Virus record (IMG/VR): IMGVR_UViG_3300035698_026680
Location: 38,500-102,499 of that record
DNA from: a virus
DNA: 64,000 nt
Reading direction: 5' to 3' (one strand)
In this document: one piece after another, positions 29,582 through 39,085 of the stretch
How the letters are laid out: each line of letters begins with the position of its first letter
How positions within the stretch are numbered: position 1 is the first letter of the stretch
Program-made: the position numbers and the translations under genes
Notes under the pieces: generated by a model
The model's database searches: none
The model's input: the letters and a program-made list of their open reading frames with translations, nothing else
What the model was told of the DNA's origin: nothing

Positions 29582-31147
29582 ATGAAAATTCCAAAATTTT
29601 TACGAAAAACCGTTTTTAACAGCGATGATGTTAAGACCAAAATAAAAGATGAAGTTAAGGCGGCAATAGACAAGTCAAAGACGGATAATCAACAGGAACT
29701 AAAAACCCAGTATAATGTAGAAGTCGTTAAAACAGTTGATAGGGCCTTAAAGGCAGCCAAAAAAGATTGGGCATTAACTACAGCCAAGGCTATTGATAGA
29801 AAATTCGGCAAATCAAGAAAGTATGTTTCGAGTTCTGGCTTCGGTACAAACAAAAACTCATTCACTGCCCGTGTTTATCAATCAGGTAAAAACTACAGCA
29901 CGCTTGATACTCTCTTTAGCAATACCCCTGGATCAATTCAAAGCGCTTCAAGAATTAGAGACTCGGTTTTAGGAAGTGGTTATGTTATTAAACCACCAAT
30001 TTTGGGGAAAAAGGGGAAGAAAAGCGATTTAAAGAAACTGATTAAATTCTTTGACGCTCCTAATCCTGACGATACAATCGAAACTCTTTTGGGAGTTTGT
30101 ATTGAAAACTATCTTGCTTACGGAAATTGCTATCTTGAAAAAGTTCCCACAAAAGGAAGTAGGCGAGTAAAAACAATGGAAGTTGCCGCCCTTTATAATC
30201 TTGATCCTACAAGAATGACTATCCTGATTGATGCGGCAAAAAAGAAAAAGGGAGTTTTGGAAAAAACAGGATACAAAAGAAAAACAAGTCAAAATAAACC
30301 AGTAATTTATAAACTAGACGAAGTATTTCACACAAGACGACCACATAGAAAGGCAGGCTTGTATGGCCGAGCAGTTTTAGAAGATAACATGGCAGGTAAT
30401 CAACTTTTGCTTAGTGCTCTTACTTACAATATAAACATTCTTAAAAATGGGGGTAGACCACCACTTCAATTAATTCTTCCAGAAGATTCTACCGAAGCTG
30501 ATGCCGACGCTGTTTCAGCTTATTTCGAAAAGAACTACATGGGGTCACATAATGCAGGCAAAACACTTGTTTCGTTTAAAGGTGCGAAAGCTGATCCTTT
30601 AGGTATTAAGCCTTCAGAAATGGCCTATCTAGAGCTTTTTAAATATGGTATCAGGCTTGTTTCGGGTCAATATGGTGTTCCCCTGTTATTAATCGGTTTT
30701 CCAGAAGGCACAAATCGTGCTACGGCTTCTGAAGCTCGAAGATCCTACTATCTATCAAATATTTTCCCGATTAGAAAATTGATCTCACAAAAGATAACTA
30801 AAGAGATAATTCAAGATAGTTTTAAAATTGAAGGATGGAGATTAGACTTTAAATCGGCAGGACTAGAAGAATCAGAAGCGTCAAGACGAGACTTTATGAT
30901 GGCCTGGACCAAGGGATTATATAGCTTCAATGAAACTAGGGTTGCCATGGGTCAAATGCCAATTGATGAAAAATGGGCAAATAAGTACTTCCTGCTAAGT
31001 TCGAAAAATGATGCTATGATTCCTATTGAAGATGCGATTGGAAGAGAACCAGATGATTCTTCTCAAGATTCCGCGAATATTAAACCTGGCCGCGGAAAAG
31101 GGGAAGAAGATCCAGGACAAGATGACCAATCTCACGATGAAGGCTAA
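29582..31147 (+). CDS. Portal protein
   Basis: GNCYLE, LYG, KNGGRP, NAGK, YGVP, NETR; follows TerL. Confidence 0.9.
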   Translation: MKIPKFLRKTVFNSDDVKTKIKDEVKAAIDKSKTDNQQELKTQYNVEVVKTVDRALKAAKKDWALTTAKAIDRKFGKSRKYVSSSGFGTNKNSFTARVYQSGKNYSTLDTLFSNTPGSIQSASRIRDSVLGSGYVIKPPILGKKGKKSDLKKLIKFFDAPNPDDTIETLLGVCIENYLAYGNCYLEKVPTKGSRRVKTMEVAALYNLDPTRMTILIDAAKKKKGVLEKTGYKRKTSQNKPVIYKLDEVFHTRRPHRKAGLYGRAVLEDNMAGNQLLLSALTYNINILKNGGRPPLQLILPEDSTEADADAVSAYFEKNYMGSHNAGKTLVSFKGAKADPLGIKPSEMAYLELFKYGIRLVSGQYGVPLLLIGFPEGTNRATASEARRSYYLSNIFPIRKLISQKITKEIIQDSFKIEGWRLDFKSAGLEESEASRRDFMMAWTKGLYSFNETRVAMGQMPIDEKWANKYFLLSSKNDAMIPIEDAIGREPDDSSQDSANIKPGRGKGEEDPGQDDQSHDEG

Positions 31148-31150
31148 CCG

Positions 31151-31179
31151 TTGATAAATTTCTTGTTCTGAGTTATAAT
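31151..31179 (+). promoter_or_regulatory. sigma70-type promoter opening the post-portal accessory block
   Basis: TTGATA-N17-TATAAT; same CGTTGAT...AGTTATAAT frame as 2862 and 10951. Confidence 0.7.
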
Positions 31180-32684
31180 ATTATTAGTTTAAGCGTCAGG
31201 TTAAGTAAGGAGTTTTTTTATGACAAATGGAGCACCACAAAGTGCCGTACCAGGCCAACGGCCACAAAGAACTATTTTGGCCCATATGAAAGTGAGATCC
31301 TTCATCTCACCACCTTCCCCAAATGAAAAGCAGTTAAAAGAGTACGATAAGAAATTGAGTACTTTTTTAAAGACTGTTGATAATACAAATAGGATGCTCA
31401 ATGGTAGAAATTCCTATGCTGTTGGAGATCGTGTTTACACCCTAGTTTGGATTTTGGATAGGATTGCTGATAAGCCAGTTACTACTCCATTTGGAAAAGG
31501 GGTAAAACCTGGACAGCCAATTATCACAGATGACAAAGATAATAGTCCCAAAAAAGAAACAAATAAATGAGACGGAGCAAGTAGCCCTGCCTTATGTTAA
31601 ATGCTGTGTCTGCGGTTGCTTGACACAAACGGGATTGCATCAAATTAGATTAATAATGGTTAAGCCAGGAAGACTGGTAAAGCACAAGGTAACAAAACAG
31701 GTTGTAAGAATACCACCTGTAATGAAAAGAATAGATGTCTACATGTGTACCAAGTGCGTAAAGGGAAAGAAAAAATGGCCAGGAAGAAATCCGATCTATC
31801 CAAAAAAATAAAAACATTTATATCAATAGCATTTAAACCAGAAGTCGATTCAGATGGGGACAGTTTTGATAAAAAAGCATTTGATTTCGGTCTATTAAAA
31901 AGGGGTATTAATCAATGTCAGTAGATAGAGCTAAGGAGTTAGAAAAGATAGCTAAGAAACTGGGAATTGGACTGAATAGAAAAGTTAAGTGTATCGGTTG
32001 CGAAAAGGAGATTTCTTTTAAAAAGGCAGTCGCCCTAACCGATAAAGAAGAAGTCGCTTATCTTTGCAAGAAATGTCTTAAAAGATTAAAAAGGGGTGCT
32101 TTCACTCAACAGCAAATAGATAAGAGTGATATCTTAAAAGAATTAGAAAAGCTCAGAAAGGAAAAAGTTCCAATCTTGCCCTGGCCACCAGATACAGATG
32201 TTTCACCAGTACGAATACCACCGCCAATCCCACAAGATCGCTGGATTGAGCCTTACAAGGTCACTTGGGGAACAGATCGAAATATAAAACTTGCGGGATC
32301 AGCTTTAAAAAATCCCGAGATTACAAAAGAACTTTATGTTCTAAAAAATGACAATCAAACAAACCCAACCACCGCCAACTAATCCAATTTTAGGAGCTGA
32401 TGGCAAACCAACAGGAGAAAAAGTAGAACAAAAACCTTTGCTAAATATAAATTTGCCAGCACCGAAAAGTGGCGATCCAAATGCTCCACTTCCTGTTAGA
32501 CAACACAATGCCTGCGCTCAAAAAAACTTTAATCAGGTTGCCAATATAATGCTGATGATTATTAATAATCAGAAAATAATGGGCCTTGCAATCACCAAGC
32601 AAGATAAGCAAGTAAAAGAATTGCAAGAGAATTCAAAGAAAATTGCCGACAATATAAGAAAATTAATAAAGGAAGAAGATAAAA

Positions 32685-33344
32685 ATGACCCCAACACCGC
32701 TAATGCCTAATCCTGGCATAAAATTAAAAGAAGCCTTTGGGCTTGATGTCTTTAAAGAAAGATTAAAGAAAAGGGAAATTTGGATCAATGGACCAATAGA
32801 TGACTCCTTGGTTGAAAAACTCTATGTCCACCTTATAAAACTTCAGGAAGAATCTCGGCAAATTGACATAACAGTTGTTATTAATTCTCGTGGTGGTAAT
32901 TTTTACGAATCATCAGTTGCTACAGACCTGATGGGAACTGCAAAGCCGTTAATAAGAACTATTGCTTTAGCAGAAGCGACTTCGGGCGGATTTATTTTAT
33001 TCATGGGCGGCAAACATAGAATTTGCCATGACTATACAAACCTGATGATGCACGCAATAAGTTTTGGACCAGGGGGCAAAGTTCCCAACATAGAAGATCG
33101 GGTAAATCACATTAAGCACCTTCAGGAAAAATTAGCAAAATTCTTTTCCTATCAAACAGGTGGAAGAACAACCCCTGAATATTGGATAGAGTTATTTAAA
33201 AGCGAAAAGGACAAATGGTTTTCAGCCGAAGAAGCCGTTAAATTAGGAATTGTCCACCAAATTATTAAAAGACCAGAAATGGTTGACAAAAATTTTAGTT
33301 CTCGACTTCCCTATACCTGGGATATAGTCGTTGGAGAAATATGA
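32685..33344 (+). CDS. ClpP-family serine protease
   Basis: INSRGG, ATSGGF (Ser), MMH (His), DKWFSAEEAVKLG (Asp). Confidence 0.88.
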   Translation: MTPTPLMPNPGIKLKEAFGLDVFKERLKKREIWINGPIDDSLVEKLYVHLIKLQEESRQIDITVVINSRGGNFYESSVATDLMGTAKPLIRTIALAEATSGGFILFMGGKHRICHDYTNLMMHAISFGPGGKVPNIEDRVNHIKHLQEKLAKFFSYQTGGRTTPEYWIELFKSEKDKWFSAEEAVKLGIVHQIIKRPEMVDKNFSSRLPYTWDIVVGEI

Positions 33345-34330
33345 CAAACGGATTCCAAAAATTATCAATAGCGGGAAATCAGACAAGAACTTTAGGTTTT
33401 GAAAAAGCAAAGGGGAATATAATTCCAGTTCATCCCGGACAGTGTCCACATTGTTTAAGAAGAATGGGTGAAAAAGGAAGACAATCTGCGCAAGTGAAGG
33501 TAATAACCGCAGAAGGACAAGACTATTGGTGTCAAGAATGCGTTGAAAAAGGAGTCGAAGAAAAGATTTGTATTAAATATCGAAGACTATCTAAAAAAGA
33601 AAAAAAGCAATTAAGAAAACAGTTGAAAAAAGAAAAGAGATTAAAAGAAAATGACCGACAAAGTCAATCGTTTAAAGGAGTTAAATAAATTATGGTTTAA
33701 ACTCACTAGGCCAAAACTTGGAGATCGAATTCAATTTAGGTTTGTAGGGGGTAAAAAGTTATACACGGGAAAAATCATAGAAGAGATTCTAAATGAAGAA
33801 AAAAAGTCTGTTAAATATCGGGTCGAATCAAACGGAACCCCTGTCGGAAATAAAGTAATAGAAATAGTCAAATGCAACAATATTATGTTTAGCGGAAAAT
33901 CATTAAAGTATTCGGTACCATTAGATAAATTTAAACCTTTATGAAAGTAAAAGAACCTTGTATAAAAAATAAATGTATAATTTGTGCATTAGTTATTGGA
34001 ATTAGCATTGGAATAGTAATTGCGCCTTTATTTTTAATATTTGCATCTAAAAATATGCAAAATAGAGAAGAAGCCTATTTAAAAAGACTTGAAATTTGTT
34101 TGCCTTATCGAAAAGACGCTAGTAATTATGTTTGGAGACATGAGTTTTGTGAAAATGCAGAAAAAGAATATCTAGAATTATTTAAAAAGAATTGGGAAAT
34201 TAAAAATGAGTGAAGAAGATAACAGCGGTTGTAGTGTAGGATGTATGGGTTGCTTAATTGAAATCTTAGGATTATTAGGTCTTTTATATTTATGGTTTCA
34301 TAGGGCTGAAATCTGGGGGCTTATAATAAA

Positions 34331-35506
34331 ATGAAAATATTAATATACGGAGATTATTACAAATTCAGATCGGGCTACGCTCGAGAAATAAAGGATATTC
34401 TGCCTTTTCTTCAAAAGAACAATGAAGTAAGACAGGTAGCTTTAGGCTATAATGGCTATCCGATAGATAAGGACATGGTTGTTTACCACACCAAGACCCC
34501 TGAAGTTAAAAACCATTACGCCCAAGAAGTCCTACACTATGCCTTAGACGATTTTAACCCTGATATTGTTTTAACAGTCCAAGACTTTTGGATTCTTCCC
34601 AAAATATCTTTTACCCTAGCCCATCCAGGTAAATTTAAGTGGATTCATTGGGGAACACTAGATTGTGATCCTTTAGATTTTTATTCAAGAGAGTCTTTAA
34701 GATGGATGCATTATTGTTTCTTTCAATCTCACCACGCCGCTATTGAAGTAAAATTACAACAACCAGGATTATTGGGAGAAGTCGTTTATCCTTCTGTTGA
34801 CCCGAAAATCTTTCACAAGTTAAATAAAAAGGAGTTAAGAAAAGAAGTTCAACTAGAAGGTTTTAATATTCTGATCTGCAACGCTAGGGGACAGCAAAGA
34901 AAAAATGTTCCCGTATTGCTAGATGCCTTAAAAGAAGTTATCAAAGAAATTCCCAATACTTGCCTTATTTTGCCTTCGGGAATTAAAAGAGCAAAAACAG
35001 ATTCAGGCGGACTCGATGGTTACGATTTAGAAAGATTCGTACATGAATTAGATATAGTCGAATATGTCCTATTGCCACGCAATCAAGACAAGGGGCCAAT
35101 AGACGATAAGACTCTTAATGTGCAGTATAATCTTGCCGACATAAACATTCTTCCTAGCTGGGGAGAAGGATTCGGACTACCATTTATTGAAGCAGGCATA
35201 TCTGAGATTCCTTCGATTGGTGTGGATCATTCTGCAGTACACGAGATTGTTAAGGGCAGGGGAGAACTGGTAAAGCCAAGGGCCTATACCTACAACTTAG
35301 ATGGTTCTCGCTATGGTCTTTGCCATCCAGAAGACTTAAAAGAAGCCATAATCAAATTGATTAAAGATAAGAAATTAAGAAAGAAATATGGAAAGGAAGC
35401 CTACAAGCTCGCCAGTAGGTTAACTCCTGAAAGCAGGGCAAAACAAATGTTAACAAGATTCAAGCAATTAATTAAAGACGATGCTCAACCATTAGCAAGA
35501 AGATAA
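34331..35506 (+). CDS. Glycosyltransferase, GT4 family (GT-B)
   Basis: SGY, RKN, PSWGEGFGLPFIEA. Confidence 0.92.
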   Translation: MKILIYGDYYKFRSGYAREIKDILPFLQKNNEVRQVALGYNGYPIDKDMVVYHTKTPEVKNHYAQEVLHYALDDFNPDIVLTVQDFWILPKISFTLAHPGKFKWIHWGTLDCDPLDFYSRESLRWMHYCFFQSHHAAIEVKLQQPGLLGEVVYPSVDPKIFHKLNKKELRKEVQLEGFNILICNARGQQRKNVPVLLDALKEVIKEIPNTCLILPSGIKRAKTDSGGLDGYDLERFVHELDIVEYVLLPRNQDKGPIDDKTLNVQYNLADINILPSWGEGFGLPFIEAGISEIPSIGVDHSAVHEIVKGRGELVKPRAYTYNLDGSRYGLCHPEDLKEAIIKLIKDKKLRKKYGKEAYKLASRLTPESRAKQMLTRFKQLIKDDAQPLARR

Positions 35507-35683
35507 TATGTGTTTTTTAATGTTTGGCCATAAATATAAAATAATTGATGCCTGGCACGGCCATAATCTTATGGGCGGTGGTGGTACAGCAATAGAAAAA
35601 GTTTGTAAGAAATGCGGACATTTTAAAAGATCCACAGTCCCAGGCCATATCAACCTAGAAAAATTATTAAGCAAGAAGATAAA

Positions 35684-36436
35684 ATGAACTATAGAAAAAA
35701 CTGCTTCACTTATTGGTTTCCTAAACTAAGTAGACAGGAAGTTAATCTTCCAGGAACCCTTGTGTTTAATACAGACAAACTTGATAAAAATATTACTGTG
35801 GCATTACGGAAGGCTTTCTGGATGAAGCCACTAACAAAAGAAGATAAGGTATCGCTAGGAAGATTTGCATCTATTCTTAAACACATGGCTAAAACAATAG
35901 GTGGCTATCCCTTCTTTTTAAGAACAGGCCAGACAAGTCATAAGCATGACTGGATGCAAACTTGCTATATTGCTAACGAAGAAGCTTTATTAAAAAACGC
36001 CCAAAACTTAGCCGAAAAAAACATTATGGTTGATTTTAAAGACGGTCTTCCAATCAATATTTGGGTAGCAAGGAAGCTAATTAAAACAAAGGTTGCTTTT
36101 AAAGCCTTTTACGGATTTCCAATTACTTTAGAAGCAAGATTCTTTTTTAAAGATAAGAAATATCAATGCCATCATCCTTATTGGCCAAAATCAGCAATTA
36201 GCGGTTGTGATGACAAGGATTGGGAGAAAAAACTAAAAAGATTAAACAATATTCGGGCGACAGAAATAGAAAGACTTAAAGCATTAACTGAGAAGGTGGC
36301 TAAAAATTTTAATGGCTATTGGTCAATAGATTGGCTCAAGGGAGAAGATAAAAAATGGTATGCTATTGATATGGCCACAGGAAAAGATTCTTATCATTTC
36401 CCAGGGTGTAGATTCGCTGATAAATCTAAATCTTAA
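35684..36436 (+). CDS. ATP-grasp domain protein (R2K/Cdc123-like)
   Basis: PFFLRT ... SHKH ... EARFF ... WSIDW ... WYAID. Confidence 0.6.
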   Translation: MNYRKNCFTYWFPKLSRQEVNLPGTLVFNTDKLDKNITVALRKAFWMKPLTKEDKVSLGRFASILKHMAKTIGGYPFFLRTGQTSHKHDWMQTCYIANEEALLKNAQNLAEKNIMVDFKDGLPINIWVARKLIKTKVAFKAFYGFPITLEARFFFKDKKYQCHHPYWPKSAISGCDDKDWEKKLKRLNNIRATEIERLKALTEKVAKNFNGYWSIDWLKGEDKKWYAIDMATGKDSYHFPGCRFADKSKS

Positions 36437-36551
36437 AAATATGTCAAAGAAAAAGTTTTACCCTAAAGATAATAGTAAAAGGAAAGGTCAAAACGCTCCC
36501 CATGGGAAAAGAGAAAGAAGAGCAAAAAACCCAAGGGGGGGCAGAAGATAG

Positions 36552-37358
36552 ATGAAGGATAAAGTTTCGATCATTGCGCCAACATGGAATAAGGTCAAGT
36601 TTTTAAAGCAGATGATGGAGTCTGTCGAGAAAAATACAAAATGGCCTTTTGAGTTAATTATCGTTGATAATGCTTCCGATGATGGCACGCAAGAGTTCGT
36701 TCTTAATGCTAATTTCAAAATGGACGGACAGTATCTTAGAAATGAAAAAAATCTAGGGTTTTCAATCCCAAATAACCAGGGAATGAAGGTCGCAAAAGGT
36801 AATTTTCTTTGTTTCTTAAATAACGATACGATTGTTACTAAAGGGTGGTTAACCGCCATGATGAATGTTTTTAACGAAGAAAAGGCGGTAGGAATAGTGG
36901 GGTCGCGGTTAATCCACCCTGGTCGGGGAACAATTCAACACGCAGGAATCTTTGAACACGCTTCTTCTAAACTACCAGACCATATCTACTTTAAGAAGCC
37001 AATGGATTATGCCCTGGCAATGAAAAGGAAACAGTACTTTGCCGTTACAGGGGCTTGTATGGTCACTCCCAAGACTCTTTTTGAAGGACTAGGTGGATTC
37101 GATGAAAAGTATTGGTGTGGCTGGGAAGACATGGATTATTGTCAAAAAGTTAGAAGAATGGGACATAGAATTTATTATGAACCCACTTCCCTTGTTTATC
37201 ATTATGAATCAAGGACGGAAGGCAGATATAGCAACGAAGGTTCTAATTTTAGTTTATACATGAGCAAGTGGATTTTAGGAAAACAAATTATTGATAGCAT
37301 CGGTGTAAAAGATGTCGATGCTAGTAAAATTTCCGTAGGAGAATTAAATGAAAAATAG
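36552..37358 (+). CDS. Glycosyltransferase, GT2 family
   Basis: VDNASDDGT, NLGF, FLNND, VTGAC, EDMDYC. Confidence 0.93.
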   Translation: MKDKVSIIAPTWNKVKFLKQMMESVEKNTKWPFELIIVDNASDDGTQEFVLNANFKMDGQYLRNEKNLGFSIPNNQGMKVAKGNFLCFLNNDTIVTKGWLTAMMNVFNEEKAVGIVGSRLIHPGRGTIQHAGIFEHASSKLPDHIYFKKPMDYALAMKRKQYFAVTGACMVTPKTLFEGLGGFDEKYWCGWEDMDYCQKVRRMGHRIYYEPTSLVYHYESRTEGRYSNEGSNFSLYMSKWILGKQIIDSIGVKDVDASKISVGELNEK

Positions 37359-37921
37359 AAGAATGCATTATAAAAAACTTTATTGTAAACACTGTGGTCG
37401 CAAATTATCTTTTATTGAAAGAAAAGTCGCTTACTATGATTGGATAACAGGCGAGCCGACTTACGAAAAAAATTATAGATGTCCCAAAATAGGTTTTTTT
37501 GGCAAACTTGTAGGATCAGTCCATTCAGAAATGCGCATAATTGAAGGCAGGGGTCTAGATGGAAAATATAGAGAAACAATATTAGCAACATTTCCTTAAA
37601 AAATGAAAAAGGTAGTTAAAAAAGGAGTTAAGACAGCGATCATTATTTATCAAGATCCTGATTTAAAAGAAGGTCGTAGGTTTATTTTTGGCGACCCTAT
37701 GCGGTTAATGAGTTTAATGTTAGACCAGTTTCCCATTCTTTGGAAAAGAGTACAAACACTACTAGGAAAAAATCTTAGTATGCAAGAAGCGATGACTCTT
37801 TACGAAGAAACAAAAGAAGAATGGACAAAAACGCATGGAGTGGGTTTTTCGGAAAAAGAAATGAGAGTAAGTTTGAGTTATGAAATAAATAAGTTAAAAT
37901 AAAGATAAGGAGGTGAAAAAT

Positions 37922-38188
37922 ATGGAAAATAAGAAAAAATTGTATGTAGGCAATCTTAGTTACGATGTATCCGATGAGCAATTAGGAAGTTTGTTCGCTC
38001 AAGCAGGTACGGTAACAAGTGCCCAAGTTATTATTGATAAATTTTCGAGTCGATCCAAGGGATTCGGTTTCGTTGAAATGAGTACCGAAGAAGAAGCTAA
38101 GAAAGCAATGGAAATGTTCAATGAGCAAGATCTTGAAGGAAGAAAAATGCTTGTAAAAGAAGCACGACCACAAAAACCAAGAGTTTAA
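37922..38188 (+). CDS. RRM RNA-binding protein
   Basis: RNP2 LYVGNL and RNP1 KGFGFVEM; AGGAGGT RBS. Confidence 0.93.
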   Translation: MENKKKLYVGNLSYDVSDEQLGSLFAQAGTVTSAQVIIDKFSSRSKGFGFVEMSTEEEAKKAMEMFNEQDLEGRKMLVKEARPQKPRV

Positions 38189-38525
38189 GGAGAACGATTA
38201 TGGATATGACAATTAAAACGCCCGTCCAGATCTTTATTAATGGAAGATTCTTTTGTATCGCCAGTGAAGCTGAAATTAAGCGCAGAGATCCAAGGTTCAA
38301 AAAAAGTCTTATTCCTGACAATGTAAAATTGCAACCAGGAGAATGGACGGGAACTGTCATCAATATTAAAAGGCCGCTACGAACAAAAGAAGAAAAAGAA
38401 GCGGTAAGAAAAATATTAAAAGCAGAACCCTATGATGAATTTTATACACGAATGGTAAAGGCTAAAAGTAAACACATACCAGTCGAATTAGATGCAGTGC
38501 AATTTACTAAAGAAAGGGGAGAAAG

Positions 38526-39083
38526 ATGACAGAAAAAGCAAAAGCAAAAAAATCTAAAGCGGAGAAACCTGGAAAAAAGGGGCCCGAGACGGGCACTCCA
38601 AAAAAGACTGAACCAGTTGTAAAACAAAAAACCCTGAAAGAAAGGCTTAATGAAACAGTTGATAAACACTATAAAGAGAGAGAAGAATTAAAGAAGCAAT
38701 TATTTAGTTTAATGCAAAGGGTTCTTTATCCAGAACAATTTTGCCCAGAATGCGATGAAAGACTATTCTTTACCCCTTCTAATGGCGGCTATAGTTGCCC
38801 TAACTGTGGTTATGTGGCTACGGCTACAGTAACCGCTCTTATTCAACCAGTAAGTCCACAGGCAAGAGTAGTTCAAGACGGCAATGTTTCGCCACAAGTA
38901 GAAAATGCAATCAAGGAATCGAATGCGGCAATGAAAGAACCTAGAAGGGTTGTAGCCCCAACAGCGATAGGGGATAAAATTAGAAAGTTAGTTGATGGCA
39001 GGGAATCAACTGCACCAACACAAGCAGATGAAAGCGCTGTTAGGAGAAATCCGGCAGTAAAAGGGCCTATTAATTGGTGTTAA
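38526..39083 (+). CDS. Zinc-ribbon hypothetical protein
   Basis: CPEC ... CPNCG. Confidence 0.55.
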   Translation: MTEKAKAKKSKAEKPGKKGPETGTPKKTEPVVKQKTLKERLNETVDKHYKEREELKKQLFSLMQRVLYPEQFCPECDERLFFTPSNGGYSCPNCGYVATATVTALIQPVSPQARVVQDGNVSPQVENAIKESNAAMKEPRRVVAPTAIGDKIRKLVDGRESTAPTQADESAVRRNPAVKGPINWC

Positions 39084-39085
39084 CT

